In this document: positions 42,543-51,667 of the stretch, piece by piece
Position numbering within the stretch: the first letter of the stretch is position 1
Layout: each line of letters begins with the position of its first letter
Assembly: GCA_965240325.2 (NCBI GenBank)
Contig: OZ251246.1
Coordinates: forward strand, 930,001 to 994,000
DNA length: 64,000 nt
Direction of reading: 5' to 3'
DNA from: Rebecca billardiae RCC1528
Lineage: Eukaryota > Protista > Haptophyta
Position numbers and translations under genes: made by a program
Notes under the pieces: generated by a model
The model's database searches: none
Seen by the model: only the letters and a program-made list of their open reading frames with translations
What the model was told of the DNA's origin: nothing

Positions 42543-45500
42543 TGTCAAAGGGTGAAGAGAGCGACGGGGCCGTGAGGCCCGAGGCGTGACGCTGAGGCTC
42601 GTCGATGCGAAGGACGAGGAGCTAGGAGTTCGACTCGAGGTGCGGTGAAGCGACACGAAACTGAACTGCCCTGGCGAGGAAGGAATCCCGAGCCGTCTAA
42701 GACTGTGCTGGAGGCACTGATAGCCATCAACGGGTAAGTCGGGAAAGTGGCCATGATGGGCGCGTGTATGATCCCGACTCGATAATGAATGTCGGTGTAG
42801 TGTGACGGTTGGTGATCCGGGTGTGTACGCACGGGAGAGCGAGTCCGGGTAACGTTGGATCTTGACACCCCCACCCAATCGCAGCGGTGGTCGTACGAAA
42901 CCTGGTCGACCCGAAGGGACTGGGTGTAGACGTGCGACCATCGTGTGATTGTAGATGATGCGATGTTGCCGTATGGGATGCATGCGTCGGAGCGGTTGTC
43001 CGAGTAGACGATGTAGAAGTCGGGCGAGTCGGTGCCGGCAGCGTCTCCGTTCAGAAGAGACAACGTGAGGTCAATGTGCGTCCGACGAGCGGCGACCGAT
43101 GTAGTACTGGGACTTCGTGTATGCGGCGAGGCCTTACATGCCCAGGATCTGAGCACGAAGTTTGAGGAAGGCGGCCGGGCCGAGCGGCTTGGTCATGATG
43201 TCGGCCGGGTTCTCGGTGCCGGGGATCAAGAAGAGCTTGAAGGTGCCGGCGCGGGCGTGCTGACGGTTCCAGTGGTACTGGACGTCGATGTGCTTGGTGC
43301 GGTTGTGGTACTTCTCGTTGTCCGTGAGGTCCACCACCGCCTTGTTGTCCTCGAAGAGCTTGGTCGGCGCGAGCTGCGGGTAGCCGAGGTCGGTGAGCAG
43401 CTTGCGCATGAAGATGATCTCCTTGCCGGCGGAGGTGACGGCCATGTACTCAGCTTCGGTCGAGCTCAGAGCCGTCGTGCGCTGCTTCTCGCGGCGGCCG
43501 CTCACCGTCGAGCCGCAGAGGTGCATCACGTAGCCGGTGACAGACTTGCGCTCGTCGTGGAGGTCGTTGGCGTAGTCGGCGTCCACGTACGCGACGAGCA
43601 TGACGTCCGAGCCCGAGCGGAAGAAGAGGCCGTGGTTCGGCGTGCCGGCGAGGTAGCGGATGACGCGCTTGGCAGCCTCGAGGTGCTTCTTGCCCGGCTT
43701 GGACATGAAGTGGGTGAGCGTGCCGACGGCGTAGGCGATGTCCGGGCGAAACTGCGTGATGTGGATGAGCGAGCCGACCACGGAGCGGAAGAACGTCGTC
43801 GTCTCCGCGTCGAGCGCGTCTGACTCGGAGCACGGGCCGAGCTTGAGGCCCTCGGTCATCGGCGTGTCGGACGTGTTGCAGTTCATGAAGCCCGTCTTCT
43901 CGAGGAGCTCGAGGATGTTCTTGGTGACGGTCACCATGATGCCGTCCTTGGAGCGCGTGAGCGTGGCCGACAGGTAGCCGTCGATGTCGGCCGTGATGGT
44001 CATCTTGTACGAGGATGTGATCTTCGAGATGAAGTGGTCGCAGGCGGTCGGGTCGTCGCTGTCGTCGAGGATGAGCATGTCGTCCACGTAGATGCACACG
44101 GCGATGATGCCCGACTGCGTGTTGAGGACATAGAGGCACGGGTCGGCCTGGCTCTGCGCGAACCCGTACTCCTTCATCCAGTCGTCGATCATGAGACGCC
44201 AGTTGCGGCCGGACTGCTTGAGACCGTAGAGGCTCTTGAGGAGGCGCAGCACGACGTCGCCCTTCGTCTTCGGCTTGTACCCGAGCGGCAGCTCGAGGTA
44301 GATCTCGTAGTCGATCGGCGCGTTGAGGTACGCCGTCGTGAAGTCGCCGTGGAAGAGGCGGCGCTGCTTGGCCGCGGCGATGGCGATGATCATCTTGAGG
44401 GTCTCGTAGCGGACGACCGAGGAGAAGGTCTCGTCGTAGTCGATGCCCTCGATCTGCGTGAAGCCCTTGCCCACGACGCGGGCCTTGAACCGCTTGATGT
44501 TGCCCTTCTTGTCGCGCTTGATGTTGAACACGGGCGCCGCCTTCAGCGTGCGCATCCCCGGCTTGCGCGGCACCTCCACCCACGTGTCGTTGGCCAGGAT
44601 GGAGGCGTACTCGGCGTCGAGAGCGGCGGCGAACTGCGTCGCATGCGGGCCGTTGAGTGCTTGCACCGCCGTCGGCGTGTCCGAGAGTCCGATGGCGAGC
44701 AGGAGCGCGTAGATGCGCGGCAGCTTGGAGTAAGTCGGCGACGCGACCGAGTTGACGTGTGCGCGCGCGCGCGTGCGAGATGAGGGCGGGTCGTCGTCGT
44801 TGAGCGCGTTGTCGACATCGAGGGAGTCCTCGGCGCCGGCGGCGTCGTCGTCAGCGTCTCCGACGTAGGCGTGCGGTGCGTCCCCCACCCGCTCAGCGTG
44901 TCCGAATGCGCCAGCGCCATCGCGGCGCCGGACGGCGCCGTGGGAACTTCCCCCATTACCCACATCGGCAGCATGGAGGTCGAGCGGCGGCGACGTCGGC
45001 GGCAGCTGCGGCGCGGCGGCGAGCGGGTCGCGCGCGATGTGAGCGGCGTCGGGGTGGTCGACGTAGAGCGTGTCCTCGTCGAAGCGCACGTGGTGCGAGA
45101 TGATGAACATGTCCGGGACGATCTGGCCGTCGCCGGGCACGCGTACGATGATCGCCTTCGTGTAGCGCGTGCGGTTCTTGGGCGGGACGTTCACCATGTG
45201 GCCGTCGTCGCCGTGGCCGACGTAGACGCCCATGACGGCGCGCGGGTCGAGCTTCTTGAAGTGCGTGTTCGGCGGCACGACGTAGGCGACGCAGCCGAAG
45301 ACACGCAGCTGAGCGAGATCTGGCGGGAAGCCGCGCAGCAGCTCGAACGGCGTCTTGTCGAACGTCACCGGCGTGGCGATGCGGCGGATGATGTACGCGG
45401 CGTGGCGCAGCGCGTCCTTGGCGTAGGCGTCGATGCGCAGCTTGGAGTGGAACAGGATCGAGCGCGCCGCGTTGAAGAGCGTCTGGATGAAGCGCTCGGC

Positions 45501-48500
45501 GATCGGGTTGTGCTGCGGCGTGTCGGGCGGCGTGACCTGGTTGGGGGCGATGCCGTGCGCGCGGCAGATGCCCTCCCAGTCGGTCGAGTTGAGCTCGGGG
45601 GCGCCGTCGACGCGGAAGCGGCTGACGGTGCGGCCGTAGACCGACATGTCGTCGATGAAGCGTCGCATCGCCTCCGGTGCGTCCGAGCGGCGGTCGAGGA
45701 AGTAGATGAAGCCGGCCCGGGTGTAGTCGTCGACAAACACGATCACGTAGAACTTGGCAAAATCGTCCGGGTTCACGATGAACTTGCCGTCGACGTAGCC
45801 GGCGACGTCGACATGGACGAGCACGAACGCCTTCTCCGAGCGGGGCGACGTGGACGTGAACGAGTTGCGCTTCATCTTGGCGAGCGCGCACGAGCAGTCC
45901 GACTTGAGGTTGCGCGCGCCGAGGTGCTTGGATGCGGCGAGCGTGCGGTTGACGGCAGCTGCGTGAGCGTGGCCGAGCCGGAGGTGAGCGACGCGCGAGA
46001 GCTCGTCGGTGTCCTTGAACTCGACGCAGCACTCGTCGCAGAACGTGTCGTCGTCCGGCGCGAGGTCGGCGGTCTGCGAGGCCTGGTCCATGGTCACGAT
46101 GACGAGAGCGCCGTCGGACGTGGGCGGCTGCGCCGGCGGCGGCGGCAGCGAGGACTGGAGCGGGGCGGGCGGCACGTGGAGGCCGGACGCGGTGATGGTG
46201 GGCGACGGCGAGTCGTCGTCCGGGATGAAGACGGCGCATGCGAGATCGCGGCCGTGCAGAGGAACGAGCTTGTCGCCGTACAGCAGGTACCGGCCGCCCT
46301 GCGCGTGGATCGGGGTGGCGCCGGACATGAAGGTGGTCGGCGCCGCGAGCGAGATGAACGAGATGCCGAGGCGGGTCAGCCAAGTGTCGCTCATGTAGAA
46401 GCCCGGGACGTCTGGAGAGAGCGGGACGTCCGTGAGCGGCAGCGTGATGAGGTCGCCGTCGATCGAGCGCATGCCGAGGGCGAACGAGGCCGAGGTGTTG
46501 ATCTTGATCCGCGTGCCGTTCGCCGCGCGCGCCTCCGAGAACTGGCGGAAGGACTTGGCGGCAAACCGAGAGAACGCGGTCGAGGCGATGGTGGTGTCCG
46601 CGCCGGTGTCGATCATGATCGAGATGCTCGCCTGGGCGATGTCGCCTGTGAACGGCGTGCCGATGGCGAAGGAGATCGTCGAGTGCACGTTCTCAATCTC
46701 CTCCGGATCGGCGAGCAACGGCTGCTGGATGCAGGTCGGGTTGATCGGGTCAAACGAGCGGGAGACGCCGCAGATGATGGGCGGGCCGGTGCGGGCGCAG
46801 CAGGTGACCGCGGTGAGGATCGAGATGATGGCGAGGACGGCGAGCGCGACGAGGAAGAGGAAGGCACCGTGCGAGGACTTGAAGAGCGCGCGGAGCCGAC
46901 CCTCGTGCTTGAACCGCGGCGGCGGCGGCTCGTACCGGACGATCAGGTCATCGATGTAGGCGCCGGCGTCACCGAAAGACCGTGCGCGATGGATCTCGGC
47001 CTCGGCCGCGGCGGCTGCGGCGAGGAACTCGTACGGGCTGAGCGTGAGCGGCTCTCCGGCGAGCTGGCCGAGGTGGCCGAGCGGGTAGGTGTAGTTGCCC
47101 GCGGTGGAGACGTCGTCCAGGCTGGGGCAGTCGTCGGACGTGTCCGAGGCCGCGTCCGAAGCCGAGGTCGTGGACGAGGGAGTGCACGGGACAAGGTCCG
47201 GCAGCTCATCGTCCGTCTCCGAGGCCGAGTCGGAGGCGGAGTCGTCGCGGTCGTCCGGGGGGTTGGCGAGACGGAACGGCTTGAGGTGGAACGGCTCGTA
47301 GGAGGCGGGCTTGCGGATGGACTGGCGCAACGCCATGATGAGCACATTCTGGCCGCGCTCGAGCTCGGCCGCCGTCGCGAGCTGGATCGGGGAGCCGGCC
47401 TCAGACGCCGGCGGCGACGGCGAGTCGACCTGCGTCGGCGGCGACGGCGGGCCGAAGGGCGGCGGCGGCGAGCTGGCCTGCGTCGGCGGGTCGAACAGTG
47501 GCGGCGGCGGCGAGTAGAGCGCCGGCTGCTGGTCGATGAGCGACAGCGCCGGCTGCTGCGAGTCGGCGGGCGGCGGCAGCGGCGGCGTGTTGGTGAGCGC
47601 CGGCTGCGAGTTGGAGTGCGCCCGCGACAGCTGCGGGTCGGCGGGCGGCGGCGAGTTGGCGGGCGCCGGCGGCGGCGGCGGCGCGCCGGCGGGCTGCCGC
47701 GACGACGGCGTGAGGACGAGCGTCGGCAGCGAGTTGAAGCGCGCCCGCGACAGCGGCGAGTCGGCGGGCGGCTGCGAGTTGGCGGGCGGCGGCGGCGGCG
47801 CGTCGGCGTCGGTCGCCGCCGGCTGCGAGTTGGGGCCTGACGCCGAGCCCGAGATGGAGATGGCGTTGAGCGTCGGCGTGCCGTCCTGGATGAGCCGCAC
47901 GCGCGTCGTGGTCGCCGACGGCTTCGCCCGCTGCGGCGTCGGCTGCGGCTGCGACTGCGAGGGCGCGGAGGGCACGCGCTGGAGCTTGTTGGACTTGTGA
48001 GTCGGGCGGCGCGCGCCGCCGGAGCGAGCGTCGGCTGCGGGCGTCGCGCCCGAGGAGCGCGAGGTGGACGTCTGGGGGCGGTTCGGGCAGTCGCGGTTCC
48101 AGTGCATGCCGCCGCAGTACTTGCACGGGGTAGGAGGCATGGATGCGCCGGGCTGGCCCTTGGAGGTGAGCGCGTTGACGGCCTGGCGGTTGGGGTTCGT
48201 GCCGTTGGCGGCGGCGGCGACGCGGTCGAGATCGTGCACGCGCTCGATGAGATCCTCCACCGAGATGGGCTGGTCGTTCATCGTCGCGATCACCGAGCTG
48301 ACGAAGGACGGGTTGCGGCCGTAGAGGTTCACGAGGATCACGACGAGCGTGAAGATGTCGTCCTTGATCTCGACGCCGCGCAGCTCCGTGGCGTTGGACA
48401 TCACGCGGGCAGCAAAGGCGTGGAAGCTCTCGCTCGGCGACAGTTTGATCGAGAGCAGGGCGTACAGCTTGGCGACGAGCGAGGAGGGGCGGGAGCTGTT

Positions 48501-49216
48501 GCAGCGCACGTTGAGCGCGTTGACGAGATGAGACAGCTCGAGCCCGAGACTTGAGTGCTGCAACTGCGCGATGATCGGGTCGAGGATGCGAGGAGCGACC
48601 GCCTTGAGAAGCAACTGCACGATGAAAGCCTGCGTGCGCAGCTGCTTGGCCTGGATGGTGGCGGCGGCGGTGGACGGGGGGCAGACGATGGGCTTGTCCG
48701 CGCCGGTATCGTCCTTGCCCGGCTCGAGGGGCGAGGACGGGTTGGAGAACGCGAGCGCGACGTCCATGTCCGGCTTCGACGTGACCATGACCACAAGAAC
48801 GGAGATGGCCGTGCGGAGGTCCTGCGGCTTGAGGACGAGAGCTCGCGGCGGGAGCTGGTCACGCATGTCGCCACCCGGCGGCTCCGCCATGTCAAAGGGT
48901 GAAGAGAGCGACGGGGCCGTGAGGCCCGAGGCGTGACGCTGAGGCTCGTCGATGCGAAGGACGAGGAGCTAGGAGTTCGACTCGAGGTGCGGTGAAGCGA
49001 CACGAAACTGAACTGCCCTGGCGAGGAAGGAATCCCGAGCCGTCTAAGACTGTGCTGGAGGCACTGATAGCCATCAACGGGTAAGTCGGGAAAGTCGGGC
49101 CATGATGGGCGCGTGTATGATCCCGACTCGATAATGAATGTCGGTGTAGTGTGACGGTTGGTGATCCGGGTGTGTACGCACGGGAGAGCGAGTCCGGGTA
49201 ACGTTGGATCTTGACA
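42543..49216 (-). mobile_element. Full-length Ty1/copia LTR retrotransposon; 5' LTR 48890-49216, 3' LTR 42543-42867, 5-bp TSD CACAC
   Basis: TG...CA LTRs of 327 and 325 bp, near-identical (one 2-bp indel seen). TSD at 42538-42542 and 49217-49221. PPT GGGTGGGGG at 42876-42868. TGG-starting putative PBS abuts the 5' LTR. Confidence 0.97.
43134..48890 (-). CDS. Copia gag-pol polyprotein (single ORF, 1918 aa)
   Basis: Zn knuckle CKYCGGMHWNRDC, protease IDTGA, HLRLGH, integrase HVDVAG/VFVDD/RVDGAPE/NPIAER, RT FKARVVGKGFTQ..GIDY, LKSLYGLKQS, YVDDML, RNase H YVDADYA, SSTEAEY, RTKHID, NPADIMTK. Order is PR-IN-RT-RH. Confidence 0.97.
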   Translation of the reverse strand: MAEPPGGDMRDQLPPRALVLKPQDLRTAISVLVVMVTSKPDMDVALAFSNPSSPLEPGKDDTGADKPIVCPPSTAAATIQAKQLRTQAFIVQLLLKAVAPRILDPIIAQLQHSSLGLELSHLVNALNVRCNSSRPSSLVAKLYALLSIKLSPSESFHAFAARVMSNATELRGVEIKDDIFTLVVILVNLYGRNPSFVSSVIATMNDQPISVEDLIERVHDLDRVAAAANGTNPNRQAVNALTSKGQPGASMPPTPCKYCGGMHWNRDCPNRPQTSTSRSSGATPAADARSGGARRPTHKSNKLQRVPSAPSQSQPQPTPQRAKPSATTTRVRLIQDGTPTLNAISISGSASGPNSQPAATDADAPPPPPANSQPPADSPLSRARFNSLPTLVLTPSSRQPAGAPPPPPAPANSPPPADPQLSRAHSNSQPALTNTPPLPPPADSQQPALSLIDQQPALYSPPPPLFDPPTQASSPPPPFGPPSPPTQVDSPSPPASEAGSPIQLATAAELERGQNVLIMALRQSIRKPASYEPFHLKPFRLANPPDDRDDSASDSASETDDELPDLVPCTPSSTTSASDAASDTSDDCPSLDDVSTAGNYTYPLGHLGQLAGEPLTLSPYEFLAAAAAAEAEIHRARSFGDAGAYIDDLIVRYEPPPPRFKHEGRLRALFKSSHGAFLFLVALAVLAIISILTAVTCCARTGPPIICGVSRSFDPINPTCIQQPLLADPEEIENVHSTISFAIGTPFTGDIAQASISIMIDTGADTTIASTAFSRFAAKSFRQFSEARAANGTRIKINTSASFALGMRSIDGDLITLPLTDVPLSPDVPGFYMSDTWLTRLGISFISLAAPTTFMSGATPIHAQGGRYLLYGDKLVPLHGRDLACAVFIPDDDSPSPTITASGLHVPPAPLQSSLPPPPAQPPTSDGALVIVTMDQASQTADLAPDDDTFCDECCVEFKDTDELSRVAHLRLGHAHAAAVNRTLAASKHLGARNLKSDCSCALAKMKRNSFTSTSPRSEKAFVLVHVDVAGYVDGKFIVNPDDFAKFYVIVFVDDYTRAGFIYFLDRRSDAPEAMRRFIDDMSVYGRTVSRFRVDGAPELNSTDWEGICRAHGIAPNQVTPPDTPQHNPIAERFIQTLFNAARSILFHSKLRIDAYAKDALRHAAYIIRRIATPVTFDKTPFELLRGFPPDLAQLRVFGCVAYVVPPNTHFKKLDPRAVMGVYVGHGDDGHMVNVPPKNRTRYTKAIIVRVPGDGQIVPDMFIISHHVRFDEDTLYVDHPDAAHIARDPLAAAPQLPPTSPPLDLHAADVGNGGSSHGAVRRRDGAGAFGHAERVGDAPHAYVGDADDDAAGAEDSLDVDNALNDDDPPSSRTRARAHVNSVASPTYSKLPRIYALLLAIGLSDTPTAVQALNGPHATQFAAALDAEYASILANDTWVEVPRKPGMRTLKAAPVFNIKRDKKGNIKRFKARVVGKGFTQIEGIDYDETFSSVVRYETLKMIIAIAAAKQRRLFHGDFTTAYLNAPIDYEIYLELPLGYKPKTKGDVVLRLLKSLYGLKQSGRNWRLMIDDWMKEYGFAQSQADPCLYVLNTQSGIIAVCIYVDDMLILDDSDDPTACDHFISKITSSYKMTITADIDGYLSATLTRSKDGIMVTVTKNILELLEKTGFMNCNTSDTPMTEGLKLGPCSESDALDAETTTFFRSVVGSLIHITQFRPDIAYAVGTLTHFMSKPGKKHLEAAKRVIRYLAGTPNHGLFFRSGSDVMLVAYVDADYANDLHDERKSVTGYVMHLCGSTVSGRREKQRTTALSSTEAEYMAVTSAGKEIIFMRKLLTDLGYPQLAPTKLFEDNKAVVDLTDNEKYHNRTKHIDVQYHWNRQHARAGTFKLFLIPGTENPADIMTKPLGPAAFLKLRAQILGM

Positions 49217-49409
49217 CACACACCTCTGCAGGCAGGCGAATATAAGCACGCAGATTTTGAGATTTAACGTTCAGCACGCTGCTTGGTTCAGGCGTGATTT
49301 CAACCAGCCAATCATATCATCCGCCTCATCAGCCGAGGACGATATGACAATATCAAATATGAAATATCAATGATCAACCGACAGGCCCCAGCCAATAAGG
49401 GCCGAGTAA

Positions 49410-50423
49410 GGGTCGTTCTTCCGAGCCCCCCCACGCTTTTTCCCCAGCCCGAGCCCGAACATTGTTGTATGAGGACCTATTGCGAACGCGGGGGCGTGGA
49501 GGCCTCCCCAGGATGACGAAACTTGGCCGGGACCAAGTGTTGTTGGAAATCCAAACAACACTTGGTCCCGGCCAAATTTCGTCACATACTATCTCGTCCC
49601 GAAAGATCGCAGGACGGAAGCTTCTGTGCCTTCCAACGTCGGCCCACGAGAGGGTCAAGAGCATGCCGTGCGTGCTTGCGGCGGTCGGCGGGGACAAGTA
49701 CGACCGGCGCGTTCGCGCGGGATCTCGTATGCTCGGCGGCGTTGGTGTTGCGGCTGGCCAGTCACATGTGACGCCTGGTTGCGCTCGCGTGCTTGAGCGC
49801 AGCTTGTGCGGCGCAAACCTCCGTTGTGCAGATCCGCCGACGTGCGCCGAACGCACTCCTCGCGCCGTGCACCCGGAGCGTTTGAATTCGTAGAAGATTT
49901 CGACCCAGCCACGATGTACACGGTCGTACGTGTCTCCAGAAGACACTTACGAGCAGGGCTCGATCGTGGCATGCCCTCCGTCTCCTCATATCATCTCGCT
50001 TAGCTGTCTGCGCACACGCGACCAGCTCCACGGTCCACCGTGCGCGGCTCGGCGCCTTGCGCGGTCGGTGGGACACCTGGTTGCCTACATTGCACACACG
50101 AGCTTCTCTGTGCCGCTCAAGGGTGCGTTGGCGCTCTGACTGCCGCCCCTCGCCGACATCGTGCGCACGAGAAGGGCCTGCACGTGCACGACAGGGACGC
50201 TAAGGTCGCGGGCTGCCCTCGCTGCTTCTCCTAAACTCCCTTGTGCCGATCCTCCCGCAATCTCAATAGCTACCGGCGCAACTCCAAAACGGAAAGGAAA
50301 TGCTCGCAAGAACGCCCGCGGCCCCTCGTTTTGAGCCCGAACATTTTTGTAAGCCACCCTAGACAAATGCTTCAGGACAGATACCCGTCTGGGCGAGCTT
50401 GCGGGGGCTCGGAAGAACGACCC
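49410..50423. mobile_element. PIF/Harbinger-like non-autonomous element (1014 bp) with 21-bp perfect TIRs and TAA TSD
   Basis: TAA|GGGTCGTTCTTCCGAGCCCCC (49410-49430) ... GGGGGCTCGGAAGAACGACCC|TAA (50403-50423). Confidence 0.82.
49514..49584. repeat. Long imperfect hairpin (stem about 34 bp) inside the Harbinger-like element
   Basis: TGACGAAACTTGGCCGGGACCAAGTGTTGTTGGA-AA-TCCAAACAACACTTGGTCCCGGCCAAATTTCGTCA. Confidence 0.85.
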
Positions 50424-51143
50424 TAAAGTAACACCAGCCTAAACTTTACGGCCCTTGACCAGCCGCCCGCGGCCACGACTCATGAAGTGCTCGCTCGCGT
50501 GCGGAACACCAGCAGCAATAATTATAAAACTGCGGGGGCCGCCTGGCGGCCTTGTCCCGGTGGGGCTGGTTGAACACAGCGCGTCTAGCCAGAGCGGTCT
50601 AGGACGCGACGGAGAAGCTTGCCAGGTCAGCCAGCACACCCGACGACGATGGGACGAGTTAGCCGTTCAGCGCTGACTAACGGTATATATCCGTATATCA
50701 TTCGGTGCGGCGCCGGCGCCGCCGAGGCGCGTCACGCGTGCCGGTGCGGCAGCGCGGCCACCGCACCGCCACCGCGCGGTATTACAAGGCCCATCGAGGC
50801 GCACGGCGAGGCGCGCGTCGATGCAGTCGTCGCTGCGCACGGCCGCTCGGGTAGGACGGTGCGGCAACGGCACGCACCGTGGATGGCCCACCGACCGGTA
50901 GACCAGGACCTGCAGGCGCGGGGCAGCGAGCGGCGCAGCGGGGCACAACCTGTACGGCGTAGACTTGCGCAGCCGTCGCTGAGCATAGCCCGTCGGGCAC
51001 GACGTGGTACGATCGGCTCGCGTCGGTGCGCATGTTGTGTTGTGCAGTTCGCGAGCCCGTGTGCGCTCGTCACGATTACTGTCCACAGCTGCTGGATGGC
51101 TATTCCAGCATGCAGTGTCAGTGCCTATATATCATCATCAGTA

Positions 51144-51145
<2 letters not shown>

Positions 51146-51191
<46 letters not shown>
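51146..51191. repeat. (AT)n microsatellite
   Basis: About 22 uninterrupted AT units. Confidence 0.95.
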
Positions 51192-51193
<2 letters not shown>

Positions 51194-51667
51194 TCATCGG
51201 TAGTAGTACGCACACGCCCGCCGGTTTCTATTTCGATCTAACTATGACCGGACTGGCAGGGGTCAACCGGAGCCAGAGCCTACTTAAATACGATATATAT
51301 TAACGACGAATCTCGCCATCAGAAGCGCAGCGGCAGCCTCTGGCTGCAGTAGCATGGCGCCCGCGCTGCCACTCTGACTCGGCCGCGCACTCGGCTGCCA
51401 GCCTGGCCGCTCCGCGCGTGGCCGTCCGGGCTGGCTGTGATGGATGGACTGATAAGTCGTAAGACTTCAGCAGACGACTGGCCTCGCGGCCGTCCCTGCC
51501 GGGGCGCGCGAGCGCGGCCGCCAGCGCGCGCTTCGGACGGACGCCCGGCGGCATGGAGAGCGGGCGGCAGCTTGCACGGCCGGCAGGCGCCACTGTCGGC
51601 GGCACGCCGCGGGCGGCCCCACCACGGTGCCGCCACTTGGCGGCGCGCTGCGCCACGCTCGCGGCGC

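Noticed and set aside
44871-47840. 989-aa plus-strand ORF within the copia
   Set aside because: Antisense shadow of a GC3-rich coding frame.
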